A DNA stretch of 64,000 nt from the human T2T-CHM13v2.0 reference genome, Homo sapiens. Shown in pieces: positions 1 through 14,599 of this stretch. The translations under genes were made by a program, and so were the position numbers. The stretch lies in assembly GCF_009914755.1 (NCBI RefSeq), contig NC_060937.1; one strand, given 5' to 3'. The notes under the pieces were generated by a model, which saw nothing but the letters and a program-made list of their open reading frames with translations, did not search any database and was not told where the DNA came from. Position 1 is the stretch's first letter, and every line of letters starts with the position of its first letter.

Positions 1-165
1 GAAGGGCTATTATCATTTAAACCATAATCTAAATGTCTTCCAAAGTTAGCTTGGCCCAAAAGCCCAAGAATAATTAAGGGAAGGGCAAGATGGGGGTGGG
101 TTAGATCAGATCTCTTTTACTGCCGTAATTTTCTTATTGTTAAATTTTTTGCAAAGTCTGTTTCA
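1..165 (-). mobile_element. ERV1 (MER4-group, LTR8-like) solo LTR, 5' end, truncated by the window edge
   Basis: Reverse complement starts TGAAACAGACTTTGCAAAAAATT...AAAGAGATCTGATCTAACCCACCCCCATCTTG...GGGCCAAGCTAACTTTGGAAG, like recalled LTR8/LTR8A 5' ends. Confidence 0.7.
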
Positions 166-852
166 AGGGCAATATGGAAGTGTGGAATCTGAAACAGGTA
201 AGGACTTCCAGAAGTTGGGATAAGTCACCAGTGTTAAATCATGATGAAGACTTGGGTAAGAGGAAGCCTGTAGAGCCATTGCATCTAGCAAGAGCAAAGT
301 CATCCCCTGTTCTTAACAATAGTAATGTGAATGAAGTAAGGAGCGAGGAGGCCATATTTTAGTGAACTGAGTGAACAGGCTATAAGCAAGTGGAGAGAGC
401 TGATGTATACTGCAAAGGAAAAGAGAGCACAGGGCCAAAGCTCACATGGGATGTGAGGCTCATGAAAGCCTCTGTTGTTGCAGTTGTTTCTTGAGGTGGG
501 AGAAAGGTGAACTTGGTTAAATGCTGATTAGAATGAGTTGTATGAAAGGAACAACTGTAGTTGTTGAGAAGCAAGGAGGCGCCTGATTAAACAGTGTTTC
601 TGAGGTAGCAGCAATGGTCAGACTCCAGAACATCTGTGGAGGGAGTAGCCACACCTAAAAGGAAATGTACTTTTGAAAAGATCAGTCATGGGTTAAAGGT
701 GGATACTTATTATGGATTGAACTGTGTCTCCCCCAAATTCATGTATTGAAATCCTAACGCCTACTGCCTCAGAGTGTGACCTTATTTGGAAATAAGGCCA
801 TTGCAGATGTAATTGTTAAGATGAGGTTATACTGAAGTAAGGTAAGTCCCTA

Positions 853-1624
<772 letters not shown>

Positions 1625-2175
1625 TTTTTTTTTAATAGTAGTGGGTGGGAATTTGGACACTAACATGCACACATAGAGAGAAAGCCATGTGGTGAAGGCA
1701 GAGATCAGGAGATGTTACAGAAGGTGAAAAAAAAAAAAAAGCCAAAGATTGTCAGCAAACTACCTAGGAGAGACATGGGACAGATTTTCCAAGACCACCT
1801 TCAGAAGGAATCAACCTTGATTTGACACTTCTAGCCTCCAGCACTGTGAGAGAGTAAGTTACTGTTGTTTAAGCCACTCAGTTCGCACTTTGTTACGGCA
1901 GGCCTAGTAAACTAACTTGGTGCCAGTGAAATTAAGTTTGCCTGTTGAACGACAGAAAGTCAAGGGAGTACTGACCTGCTGCTTTTACTTTTATTAAGAA
2001 CTTGGACCCAGTGTTATCTCTGGGGAGTCTTTGAGGAAGGTGGCTTGGGACACTTGGAGATAAATGGAGAAGACTTGAAATAACCATTCTGAACAATGGA
2101 AGATAGCAGTCTAAAAGGAGCTATAAGAATGCTGGGCAGTACTGAGGCTCCAGTTGAGTTTGGACCTCAGGGATT

Positions 2176-2180
<5 letters not shown>

Positions 2181-2223
<43 letters not shown>
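2181..2223. repeat. (TG)n microsatellite, about 21 units
   Basis: Seen directly in the sequence. Confidence 0.98.
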
Positions 2224-2224
<1 letters not shown>

Positions 2225-3974
2225 GGGGGGGTTTTGTTTTTTAAAGAGTTCTTCCAGTGGCACTCCATAGTCCAGTGTGATTATTTTGGGAATATATTTT
2301 CCACCACTGAAGTCAAAGACAACTATCTTTTTCTGCCTGCCTGACTTTCCCTAGACCCTAGTCCTTAGCAAAGGTACAAAGTAATAATACTATTTTATTC
2401 ATAGGGAAGGCCATTACAATTATTCAGCAGGCTCTTTGCCAATGTGCCTCTCACATTCTTCCACCACCAAGAACTAATACCTGGGGTTTAGCTTATAAAA
2501 TCCATGACTAAAAAATATTTTTGTCTTTCATCATCAGCTTTCTCACAGATTTGGTGGCTCTGAGCTGTACTCTGGAGCTGAAATGTCTCCTTAAGGCATT
2601 TTTCTTCATCCTTAAGTTCAAGGATGCCTTAAGAGGCTTATTTTCTCTTATCATGAATGTGAATCAAGCCACAGCAGGGTCTGTAACTAACCAGTGCTAA
2701 GGAAATACAATAACATGGTTGATGTTGGAAAATTTTCCATTGCAAACCTCACAAGAATACATTTTTTTTTCACACATAGATCCATTTCTTAAGGTAAAAT
2801 ATGGCAATGGATGTGAATCACGTGAAACTAATGTGAAATACAACAGAAAAATAGGACTTTGATGTTTATGAAATTTGTATTATTCCCACTGCTAAGTAAG
2901 CCAGTTTCATTTTTAGATCCCATCCTCTGAGCAAGCAGCAAAGTTCAAAGCCTGCCAAAAAAGTGATGAATTTTTCAGATGTATTGCAGGAGAATTGTAG
3001 CTGCTAGGTAACGTTTATTAGGGAAATGGAGGAAAAGGCTGGAGCCTCGGGCACCTTCAGAAAGAAAACAACCAGGAGTAATGGTCAGAGCAAGACAAAA
3101 GCGACAGTGTCTGATGGTTTGTGCTGGCCTCAGAGGATCATGTGAATGCTGTTGACAACATTCCCGTGAGTACCCCTCCCCCCACCCCACACTGAAGAAG
3201 TCAACAACCAAAGCCCTGACAGCAGGGTCTGGCTGCCCAAGGCTCCAAGGGCTCTTTAATGGGGGAAGCTATCCAATTAGAAGGTACTTAGGGATAGATC
3301 CACATTCGAACTAACTCCAACCCCAGTGGAAGTAGGTCCAACCCTGCAGCAGGTTTACTTGCGACCTCTGTGTGTAAAATGTTTTCTTTTAGCGGGAGAG
3401 GGGAGATGGCATTCTGGATTCTCATTCTTTATCCATGACCCTGCGTGCTCATACATATACCTCAAACTCTAAGCATCCATCTTATTCACACCACTCTCTC
3501 CAAACTCTAATTTGATCATAATAATAAGGCTGCAATGTCATTTAGAGACAATTTAATCCATCCCCTCCCGTTCCACCCTCTCCCTCCATACACATAATTA
3601 TCACCACTACTACCATCATTGTTTTATAGAAAACAAGATAAAAACTGAAGCCCAGGATTTAAATAACTTGACCACATGGCTTATTGCTGACAAAACTAAT
3701 ATTAAACCTATATATTTTGATTCTGTATTCATAGATCTTTCTATAGCACCATGCAAAATGATTCAGAGACTGGAGATCAGTGATCAGCAAGAAGGATCCA
3801 CTGGAACAGGCTCAGTAAACTCTGATGTTACAGAAACAGCTCTGATCTCTATGTCACTTGTATAATGGTCTCTTCCAATCTAGGCTAAACCTTTCTATAA
3901 GCAGATATTTGAGAAGATGGATTTCATTTTATCCATACTGCATAATGTATTTGAAAATTCTTTCCTATATTGAA

Positions 3975-4150
3975 TTTTATTTAATCCTTACTACAAACCT
4001 GTGAGAAAGAGAAGTTTGGTCTGATTTGGTGTTATTAGCTCCAATTTAGAGATGAGGAAAATGAAGTGCAGAGAAAAGTAGTAGGCCCAAGTTCACAAGG
4101 TTTATAATTATTAGGACTGAGATTGGATCCCATCATTTACTGGCTTGTAG
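3975..4150 (-). mobile_element. MIR SINE fragment
   Basis: ATTTAGAGATGAGGAAAATGAAGTGCAGAGA...GCCCAAGTTCACA resembles the reverse-complemented MIR core. Confidence 0.65.
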
Positions 4151-5489
4151 CCCAACATTTTCCCACTACTCAACAGATATTCATTAAATTCTTACTATAT
4201 ATCAGGGCCAACACCAGGGGCTGAGGCATTAGGGATCTAGCTAGAATATGTCTGATTTCAAAGATTTAGGAAACCTGGCAGGAAATCAGATAAGTAAGCA
4301 AATGAATCATATTCAGGAAAAAGAGAATTATTTACTTGTGTCCACCAAATAAGTCATGTAGTTACTCTGAGCCTTTGTTTCCTCATCTGCAATAATAATT
4401 TCTTTGTAGGGTTATTTAGAATATATGCAACATAGAATATATGCAAATTATGATAAAATAATAGCCAAATTTTGAATATGTAAACATTTCATTTTCATAC
4501 CTACAGTATTATAAAGAAGCTCTGAAGCTCTGAGAGCAGGAACAAGATGCTTACATTTGAGAGCAGTGAGTGAGAGAGTTCCAGGCAAAATTGCTCTGAC
4601 AAAACAGAAATTTTGCTTCACTGAACTTACAAGAACCAACTTCCCACTGATTTATACAATACCCTGTTAGCCCCTGTAATCTTTAGGGGTAGGGACCAAA
4701 GCCTGTAGGGTGCCTCCATACAGTATAACAGACCTTGGAGAGATCTATTCTGACTTGAAATTTGCTCACATGCTGAATGAATAAGAATACATTGGTTACT
4801 TTCTCTGATTCTGAGCCCCGGAGGGATAGAAAAGCATAATTATCCCAATAAATAACATAGCATTATAAGTCAATAATGGGATGGCACCTTCCTGGCAGCT
4901 GGATTGTAATCATGTGAATTCAGACCTTGAATTTGCCAAGGTGCTTGTTACTGCAGGGTTACCATGGGCTTATTAAATTCTTTTGGTCTGGAACATGGCT
5001 GTCTCTGCAGCTGAGTTCATGAGGTAAACAGTTGATGTAATTGATAGTGTGAATACCACTTCATTTCCTGCTGCTCTAAGAGAATTTGCTTTGAGGTAGA
5101 AGAAAATGACCCATTCTGCTACTGTGAGTTCTGGCTAGCTTTCCTCAAGGAGCATACTTTAGGCTGAGTGTTTGCAAATTGTCTTCTTTCCTTTAAGAGA
5201 GAGGACCATGGGAGGGGCCCTATCAGTCACTCTGTTATGGAGGGGTGGGGCTTCCAAGGTCACATCTCACTTGGCTATCGACAGTTTGTCAGAGAGCTTC
5301 CCAGACCTCCCTGGAAAGCCGTGGCAATGCCAGAATAGATCAGTAGGTCGATTAGGAAGAAAAAAACATGATAAGCATTTTTACTGCTGTCAGCCCAAGA
5401 CAGATTTCTGAATGTGGACAAAGGGTCGTCCTGTTTCATGGGGCTTAAAACACATTCAATTAAGGAGAAATTGAATTTCTTTTTGGGAA

Positions 5490-6880
5490 AAAGAAAGGAA
5501 TATAAAATTCTACTGGATGGGAAGAAATACTTTAACTTGTAAATTAATTTATACATTCAAAGCAATTTCAATAAAAACCTCAGAACGGCTTGTTTAGCTT
5601 GACAAAATTATTCCACATCATGTCCAAAAATGTATAATAAAATATGCAAATTTTGAATAATTTAAATAAGACATGACTTTCACTTGCAGAAAATAAAATA
5701 TACTACCAAACAACAGTTGTTAAACAATGTGTTTCTGGGACTAGAATAGAGAAACGTATCACCAGAAATGAATGATTCCAAATGAAAAGAGACCCAAATT
5801 CATAGGGGAATGCAGTGCAAATAACATTATTTGACATCAGAAATTACTATTTTGTTTTGCCTTCTTGGATATCAGGATTGGGGGGAACAGCAGCATTACT
5901 GGGATAATCATATCAATGGGTAACTAATATTTATCATAAACCATTTAACAGCACAGAATGCCTGAAGGAGACTTAGGAATTTATGTTTTTTCTTTTTAGT
6001 GGAGTGAATGTGGGCATTTTTAAGAATGATACTAAAAGCAAGTTACATAAATGGAAAGATTATTTGGTCCACAAAAATAAATGGAAATGTGAGTTTCGAT
6101 TTTGAAAATAATTTAAAATTATATGTTAACCTGGGAAAAATATTTGTAACATATATTATAAAGGATTCCTAGTATGCAAAGAGCCTAACAGAACAATCAG
6201 GAAAAGATAATTTTCCTTGTTAGGAAAAGATAAACAATTCAATTTTTAAAATGGGCAAAGGAACTGAAGAGGAAGTTCACAATAAAATGCATAAAACACA
6301 AATATTCACACGAAAAATTGGTTTAACTTCACAAATAAAAAAGAAAACAATAATGACATTATTTTTGCTTATCACATTGACAAGCATAAAATATACTTTT
6401 AATAATCATTGTTGAGGAAGTAGCAGAATGCACAGCTGATAGAAGTGTAAATTGATAATGCATTTATGGGTGGCAATAAGCTGGGAATTTGAAAAATGTT
6501 TATGCTTTTTAATCCAGCAAGTTCCCTGCTTGGCATTTCTCCTGTCCAGACTATCATAGGTAATCACAAAGATTTATGTGTTAGTAATTTACGCATAATG
6601 TTCATAATTTAGAAACAATAAAAAATGTCTCTCGACATTGAACTGGTGGGGTGTACAATGTAATGCAAGGAAAACCAGGCAACTATTGTAAAGTACAGTA
6701 TAGAAGTATATGCAATAATATGGAAAATATTCTTTAGTAAATTACCTGAAAAAAAGTTTACGCACCTACATGATTATAATGATTTTCTCTTGGTAGTGAG
6801 ATTACTGTGATTTTTTTTCCTTTTATACTTTCTTGCACTTTCAAAAATTTCAACAGTGAACATTTAATGCATTTAAAATG
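5490..6880 (+). mobile_element. Ancient L1ME-type LINE-1 3' fragment
   Basis: Degenerate ORF2 and 3'UTR motifs: AAATTAATTTATACATTCAAAGCAATTTCAATAAAAA, AAAATGGGCAAAGGA, AAGTGTAAATTG, TTTCAAAAATTTCAACAGTGAACAT. Confidence 0.7.
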
Positions 6881-7099
6881 TATAAGCCATGATGTACTGT
6901 TATATTTGCTTTCTAGATAACTAGTATAGAAAAATTTAAAGTGTATTACAGTCAGAGCCTGAAGTGACCATCTACCTATTCCATTACAGTGGTGGTGGTG
7001 GTTTGTGCTTGCCCCAGGTGCTTTGTGCTAGTCCCCAGGACTACAGGGTACTTCAGGTAGCGGACATTCCATTTGCGGCTACTAGGGTGGACCTATACC

Positions 7100-7570
7100 T
7101 ATGATCTTGACCTGGATCATCAGAGCATCCCTTCTCCTAGCCAAATGATTGGGTCATAAATAGGCAAGGGACATATATGCCAGCTCATCAAGTCCCATTG
7201 GACTAATCCCAGAATTTTTCTTGGATGACCAGAAAGTCAGTGTTCTCTTTCTTATTCAACTGGACTTAGAGCTGTGAAGTGTCTTCAACTGTCACTGAAA
7301 TAAATCTTTCCAAAAATGAGGCCAAGAAGGAAAGACAGAAAGCAGAGGGATGGGGAGATAATGAATCCCCATGACGTCACCTAAGTCTTTGGATCAATTC
7401 ACACCTGAAACTCAATTGACTCCTCCCTGCAACAACAACGACAACAACAGAAACAAAATGAAACAAAAAACAATGTTTCAGTTAAGAGAGAAAAAGCAAA
7501 AAGCAATGCTTTTAACCACTTTAGGCTGGTTTGGGGTTGGTGTCTATTACTTGCAAATGAGAGATATAAT
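7100..7570 (+). mobile_element. Old ERVL/MaLR LTR (LTR16- or MLT1K-like)
   Basis: TGATTGGGTCATAAATAGGCA, AATGAGGCCAAG...AGCAGAG, TTGGATCAATTCACACCTGAA, GGTTTGGGGTTGG...TTACTTGCAA. Confidence 0.5.
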
Positions 7571-7960
7571 CAACACAGAATTCAAAGAGCTTGCAACTGA
7601 TCACTAAAAAATAAACCAGAAAAAATTTTAAGGATTAGGATAAGGTGTTCAAAGTGAGAACAGTTCACCTTTACCACCTACCTCTTCCAAGCTGAAACAT
7701 CCAGCCAAGCTGGACCAACGTCAATAGGCTTCTCAGGCTCTACTACCTCCATTTAACTAGTTCTAGTAATATAAATAAGGGACACTCACCAAAAATTGTA
7801 AGAGACCTCCAAATCTTCCTGCAACACTGATTGAAAAGCATCCACATCATTCAGATAAATTCTGTAATGGCATGGGGCTACAGGCTTGCTGAAAATCTTT
7901 AACTAGCAATGTTTCTTGTGAAGCATACATGCAGCTTAGACCAGTGTTTCTAAACATCAA

Positions 7961-8533
7961 TGTATTACTAAGGTTCTACCAAGAAAGCAAAACCGCTATG
8001 AGTAATATGGAGTAAGGGGGTTTATTAGAGGCATTGGATCCCTTAGAACAAAGGAATGAGCTGGGAAGTAGAGTTGGAGAATTAGAGAAAAGTCACTAAC
8101 GAACCTCCCTTTCCTGAAGCTTTGACATGCAATGTCCATTGGTGAGGACCAGCTGGAGCTTCCAGGGAAATCTTAGAAGCCAGTGGGAATGAGAAGGGGT
8201 GACAGTGAAGTCTACGGAAGGCTACTGCTTCTGTGTCTGGATGTGGGCTGAGAGTTCCTGTGATGGAAAGGATGACACTTTTGTCTTTCCTGTGAAAGAA
8301 GAGCTGGATGTAGAATGGGAGAGAACTAAGAAAGACTGGAACTCAGGGGACTATATTTATATGTCTCATGGCAGCCATGGAGACCGTTGGAGAGCAAAGG
8401 GTGCTGTTTCACTTCTGCCTTGTAAATCTCATGGAGGTTTCTCCTTTGGCCAATTCTAATTTGAGGCCTTACAGCAAGGAGACCCTGGGAAATGTAGTTC
8501 CAGCTTGCCAAGGTGACACTTATAAAACCAGCA
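7961..8533 (-). mobile_element. ERVL LTR (LTR41/LTR52-like), apparently inserted in a MER5-type MITE
   Basis: Reverse complement TGCTGGTTTTATAAGTGTCACCTTGGCAAGCTGGAACTACATTTCCCAGG...AGATTTACAAGGCAGAAGTGAAACAGC; MER5-like CAGTGTTTCT before it and AAATGCAGATTCTGATTCAGTAG after it. Confidence 0.6.
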
Positions 8534-10145
8534 TGGACTTGGATACAATCCACCTGGAGATATATTCAAATGCAGATTCTGATTCAGTAGCTCTGCAGGG
8601 AAGAGGGGGACAGGGAAGGCTGAAATTCGGCACTTTGAGTAACTTGGTCCCTTTGATGAAAGGAAAAATAAAAGCACATTAATGAGCATCAGAACAAGTG
8701 AGGAAGCTATTGCCAGCTTCATTTTATTCTATTTTAGAAATAATAAATACCACTTAAGCATCCCTCATGAGAAAGTAGAAAATTGGCTCATTTGTGATGA
8801 ACAAAGGGCAATTTAAAAAATTCTTAATATTTTGCTTAGTACTACGTTAAAAGAGACTATGGCAACCACTCCTCTCTACTTGAGACTGAATATTTGGACT
8901 TATCTTTGATCCAAAGACCCTTCACCACCTGGCATTACATCAGTTTTTTTGTAGGGTGCTTGTTTCCATCTTTTCTCCCTTGGTCGAAAGCAGCAAGACC
9001 AAATGCAGAAAACTACTGTTAGCAGTGAAAAGGGATTTTTTTGAGTATGCATTTCATCAACTTGCTTCTTTGTGAGAAGCTGCCCTAGATTTTGATTTGT
9101 GGAGTTCATGACCAAGTGATAAATTAGGGCACAGAGATCACATTATATAAGAGATGAGTTATCTGAGTAATAAGCACGTGTAAATAGCATTTACATATTT
9201 AATGATCATTTTATTCTATGGCAATTTTGCATTAAATATTCAGAAATAATGTTCTCTTTACTCATGTAAAAGCCTTTTCTCAAGTGCATTATTATTACTC
9301 TGGGAAAAGAAACTCTATTATGCCATTATGTGGCATGTGATGGCATTTAAGCCTCATTTCTATGTCAGTCACCTGGAAGTCCTCCTCTCTGCCAGCCTTA
9401 TGGGGTCACCTTTCACTGCAATAGTGAGGTGAAATGGCTGGAGCTCCACTCTCATGTGACGAGGAAACCCCATTCCCAGTTTCTCCATCCTCCACCTGCC
9501 ATTGCACCAAAGACTTTCAAGGGCTTTTGATTTTTCTCATCTCTTTTTGTTCCCTTGTTATATTTCAGTGTTATTCTTATTTTCCCCTGAAGCTCACATT
9601 TTGTGACTATTCCTTTCACTTCACCCCATTACCAACCTACAGAATACTGACTCTTTTTGGTTTTGTTTTGCCTTGTCTTCAAAACCCAATTCATGAAAGC
9701 CACTTGTGGTTAGTAGAAAGATTTCTACTAACTAACTTGGTGTACAAGTGAGGCTAGAGATAACAGCACAGCTAAGCACAGCAGATAACTTTAAATAGAG
9801 CATTGGACCACCATGCTCTACAGTGAGTTTCTGCTTCACAGGTTTCTCTCCCCAAGGCCCAACACCCTCACCGTGGTCTCAGCCTTTCCTGTAGTGTCTG
9901 CTTTTACCTCCACTATCCAGCAGAGCATGTCATCCATCACGATGATTTCCTGAAACTCTACAGTGTCTTCCACTTTACCAGGCAGAGTGGCGTGGCTGTC
10001 TCTCGTGAACCCTGCTTAACTAGGCCATGCCTGAGTGCTTCCTAACTCTGGCCCGAATGACCCATCAAGACGTCTTGCTACACATACACAAATGTTCCTC
10101 ATCTCAGTAGGAAGGACTCTTACTACAACTGATACGTCATCAATG

Positions 10146-10578
10146 CAGTCAATCCTTGAGCAACACAAGCTTGTACAGGTCCACTTATATGTGGGTTTTC
10201 TTCTGTTTCTGCCACTCCTGAGACAGCAAGACCATCCTTCCTCTTCCTCCTTCTCCTCAGCCTCCTCAATGCGAAGACAAGGATGAAGACCTTTGTGATG
10301 ATCCACTTCTTCTTAAGCAATAGTAAATATATTTTCCTCTCCTGGTTATTTTCTTAATTTTATATTTTCTTTTCTCTAGCATAGTTTACTATAGGAATAA
10401 AGTATATACTACATAGCACATATAAAATATATGTTAACCAACTGTTTATGTGATGAGGAAACCTTTTGGTCAATAGTAGGTTATTAGTAGTTAAATTCGG
10501 GGAGAGTCAAACGTTATAGTTTTTTGTACCGTGTAGGGGTTGGTGCCACTGATCTCTGCATTATTCAAGGATAAACTG
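10146..10578 (+). mobile_element. Tigger2a (MER28) non-autonomous DNA transposon
   Basis: TIRs CAGTCAATCCTTGAGCAA / TTATTCAAGGATAAACTG; internal CTGCCACTCCTGAGACAGCAAGACCA...GATGAAGACCTTTGTGATGATCCACTTC matches the recalled consensus. Confidence 0.88.
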
Positions 10579-10625
10579 CAATTGTTTTGTTTGTTTCTCT
10601 ATTACATTCTTCTCTCAACAAAACC

Positions 10626-10979
<354 letters not shown>

Positions 10980-12519
10980 TAAATTTGTACCCCAAGAGAT
11001 GCGTGGGAGTTCAGGAAAGACAGAAACACATCATTTTCTGAGAAAGCCTGAATTATTCAAGTTGATCCCCAAAAGAAGATGGTTTACAACAATGCACCTG
11101 CATCATTTATATGTTTTACATCGTGAGCAGTGCATTTAAGCTTCACTATGAAGTGAGCTTCTCACACTCCCCATGCAAGATCTCTACTATTACAGCTCTT
11201 ATTTTCTTCTTCTTTCTTAGGGAACCTCATTTCACAGAGTGGAGTTACTAGCAGGCTTTCTGAGAGGGAAGCATAGGTGTTCAGCATCCCCTTAGTGGCA
11301 GGGCTCACAGACAAGAGCACTCCTCATTCTGAGGCTGGCAGACTCTTTCTCTATAGGAAGTTTTCCCACCAACACCCCTATTCAGAGCAGGGCAATGCTC
11401 CTTCTATATTGGGCACTCTGTGCAGCCGGCATTCCTCATCAGAGCTCTGCTTGCCCTTTCCATACCTGGAGCCCTTACCAGCAGGCTCTGGGACAATGCT
11501 GAGTTCCCAAAACCTGGGTGGCTTGGTTTCCATTCTTCTGTACCATTTTCTTTTCCCAAACAGACTCTGGGTTCTTAAGTACAAGACGAATGAGCAGCAG
11601 CTCTTCTGTTCATGGCCATTTGCCTTAGAGTTGCAGCAGAGTGGACGGCACCGGAGTGGAGGTCAAGATTGGCATAACGTCTTGGTGTCAGGGACACAAT
11701 CTCATTGCTGAATCTGACCTGCAGCGACTTCCACTTCCTGTGTCTGCTTTGGACTTTCAGTGCTGACCTTGCTGTTATAGATTTTTCCTAAGGACAGCCA
11801 ATTCTGCTCTCAAATGTCTTTATCCTAATTTAGCTTACCTGGAAAGAATACTTCAAGAATTCCTATAAATCCCTTGTGCTATTCCAGTTCATTTTATTCC
11901 AAAGGGTTCCCAATAAAATAGTCTCAGAAATACTTTGTTCTGCCATATATTTGACAGCCCCTCTATACATTCCTTTGCAGTAATCACTCTAATATGTGTA
12001 TCCCTCAGTGGTTTTTCTCCTTACATTTGGTCAGAGTAAAAATTTGTACCTATAAATGCTGACTATATTTCATCCTAACAAACATTTGTGGGCTGTAAGT
12101 CAGAAAACTCATGGCACTGAGGCATTTGAAGTTCTATGCCCAAGATCTCAGGATAGAGGCTCCTAGCTTTTCTATCTCAGAGATGTGCCAATGTTGTCAC
12201 AGATGCTTGGTGTATTTCTTTCCATGTTTCAACAACTTCTTCTCCAATTTCTGCCACTCTTAAGACAATCCCCAGCTTGGGGTTGTATGCAGTCTATATT
12301 AACTAGACTAGGCCACTAGGGATCCAGTCTGAAATCTTCTATTTTCAGAAAATAATCGTTTTTCTTCTGTAAGAAATTCTGTGTCTATAGATGTTGACAT
12401 GAAGGGATTTGCTCGTTAGCTTTCTTCCTTGCAATTTAATTGGGCTGTGTGTGTTCTCAACAGAACATTCTCTGCAAAGTTGGAAGACCAATTTCAGAGA
12501 AGTTTTCAAGTGTCCATGT

Positions 12520-12917
12520 CAGGGTTGAGACTAAGGTGAGACAATGAGGTCCTTGCTCAGGAGCGAAATAGAAGAGAACACTGAACATTACACTAATCAA
12601 GATAAATGGTGTGTTTGATAAACACTATTTAATGCAATACATGAAACAATCCAAATTAATGCAGAAATCCATGGTGAACATAATACCAAAGTTTTACATA
12701 AAGGCAGCATCAATATTACTGGTGTTTCTTTGGGCCTTAGGCCAAGTATGGCTTGACACATCACTGGGACGGATCCTGACTTTATTTAAAATGTTAATAT
12801 TTTGTTGAAGTTGAATTTTTTGCTTTGATTTGATTTTTCAAATACTGCATTAAATATTTATCTTGTTTTGGCAGCCAAGGTAAGTATGACACTCACCTAG
12901 CCCCACTCTCAGCTCTG
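12520..12917 (+). mobile_element. MER96B-like hAT MITE
   Basis: CAGGGTTGAGACTAAGGTGAG...TAATCAAGATAAAT...TTTAATGCAATA...AATTAATGCAGAAATCCATG, with a partly palindromic second half. Confidence 0.7.
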
Positions 12918-13215
12918 ATTGATTTTCCTTTTAGGTGATAACTCGGGGGCCAGCACAGCTCAGGCCCTGGCTAGTTGAGCTGCAGGACATTATGGGGGAG
13001 TACTGAGACCTTAAGGTTTGAGAATAATGGCAAGGCATTGTAAAACAATGAAGCAAAACAGAAGAGTTAACGTTGGACATTGTGGTTTGCATGAGATTTC
13101 TCTCTCTTCATGGTCCTCCACATATTGCTAAACTTTTGTATTCTTCTTCCCTATCATGGATACTTTGGTAGCTATCTTTCCATGACCAAAATAGAAAATT
13201 AATGAATTTATTTAA

Positions 13216-13541
<326 letters not shown>

Positions 13542-14244
13542 GCTATGGCACATTTTTTCGCAAAAGTTTGTGCCCATCCACTAGTGGCAGGCACTGGTAA
13601 TACAAAGATAAATAAAACTTGCTTCTGGCCTGGAGGCAGTGATACTGTCTCCATGGTCCTCAATCAGGCTGTGCCAAAATCTGTCCCCTAGACTGAATGT
13701 AGCTGAGTGTCTGAAGGTCGTGCCTGGCGTCTATGTTGTAGTCGGGTTCCCAGTTGATTCTGACTCACAGCAAGAACTGAACATTGCTGTGTTAGCTGAT
13801 GAGCAAACACAAATAATTGTCAAAGAAGACAATGTGTTCTGACAAAAAGCCAAGTGGAATAGAAACAAAGTGGAAGTGAGGATTAGTTCTGCCTGGGGTT
13901 GGGAAGGTGTTTACAGAGGATGCAACACTTGAGTGAGACCTTGAAAGATGAAAAGATATTGCTAAGCCACCCATTACACTCTGGACACTAAAGAAGTTTT
14001 TGTTTAGTTTTGATGGAGCAAGGTGACTGCATGAGTTGGGACCTGAAATTACCTACAACTTGCTCAGCAGAACTCTGGGCATGCCGAATGCCTGTGTGTG
14101 TGTATATATGTGTGTAGTGTGTGTGTGTATTGGAGGGAGATGCTGAGATGTGATTCTGTGGTCTGCTGTGTCTTTAAAAGGCTGCATATTTATTTCCCTT
14201 TTGGGAGATACATGTTCTATATTAACATATTGAAGGCTCTAAGA

Positions 14245-14599
14245 CAAGGGTCCCCAACCCCTGGGCTGTGGACCAGCCCTGATCCATGGCCTGTTAGGAA
14301 CTGGACCACACAACAGGAGGTGAGCGATGGGCAAGCAAGCTTTACCACCTGAGGTCTGCATCCAGTCAGATCAGCAGCTATATTAGGTTTTCATAGGAGC
14401 ACAAAACCTATTGTGAACTGCATATGCAAGGGACCTAGGTTGCACGCTCCATGTAAGACTAATGCCTGATGATCTGAGGTGGAACAGTTTCATCCCAAAA
14501 CCATCCCCCTGGATCCCCTCACCGGGCTGTGGAAAAATTGTCTTCCACAAAAGGGAATCCACCAATGGTCCCTGGTGCCATAAAGATTGGGGACCATTC
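14245..14599 (+). mobile_element. MER1B hAT-Charlie MITE
   Basis: CAAGGGTCCCCAACCCC...GGCCTGTTAGGAACTGG...CTAATGCCTGATGATCTGAGGTGGAACAGTTTCATCCC...TTGGGGACC; 8-bp TSD CTCTAAGA / CTCTAAGG. Confidence 0.92.

Noticed and set aside
4418-4447. Short tandem duplications (TAGAATATATGCAA x2; similar at 16374-16420, 29693-29711, 43747-43780)
   Set aside because: Ordinary slippage duplications in AT-rich DNA.
11200-11711. Strong acceptor at 11220 and 144-aa ORF 11277-11711 as a coding exon
   Set aside because: Non-ATG start, no homology and no convincing donor.
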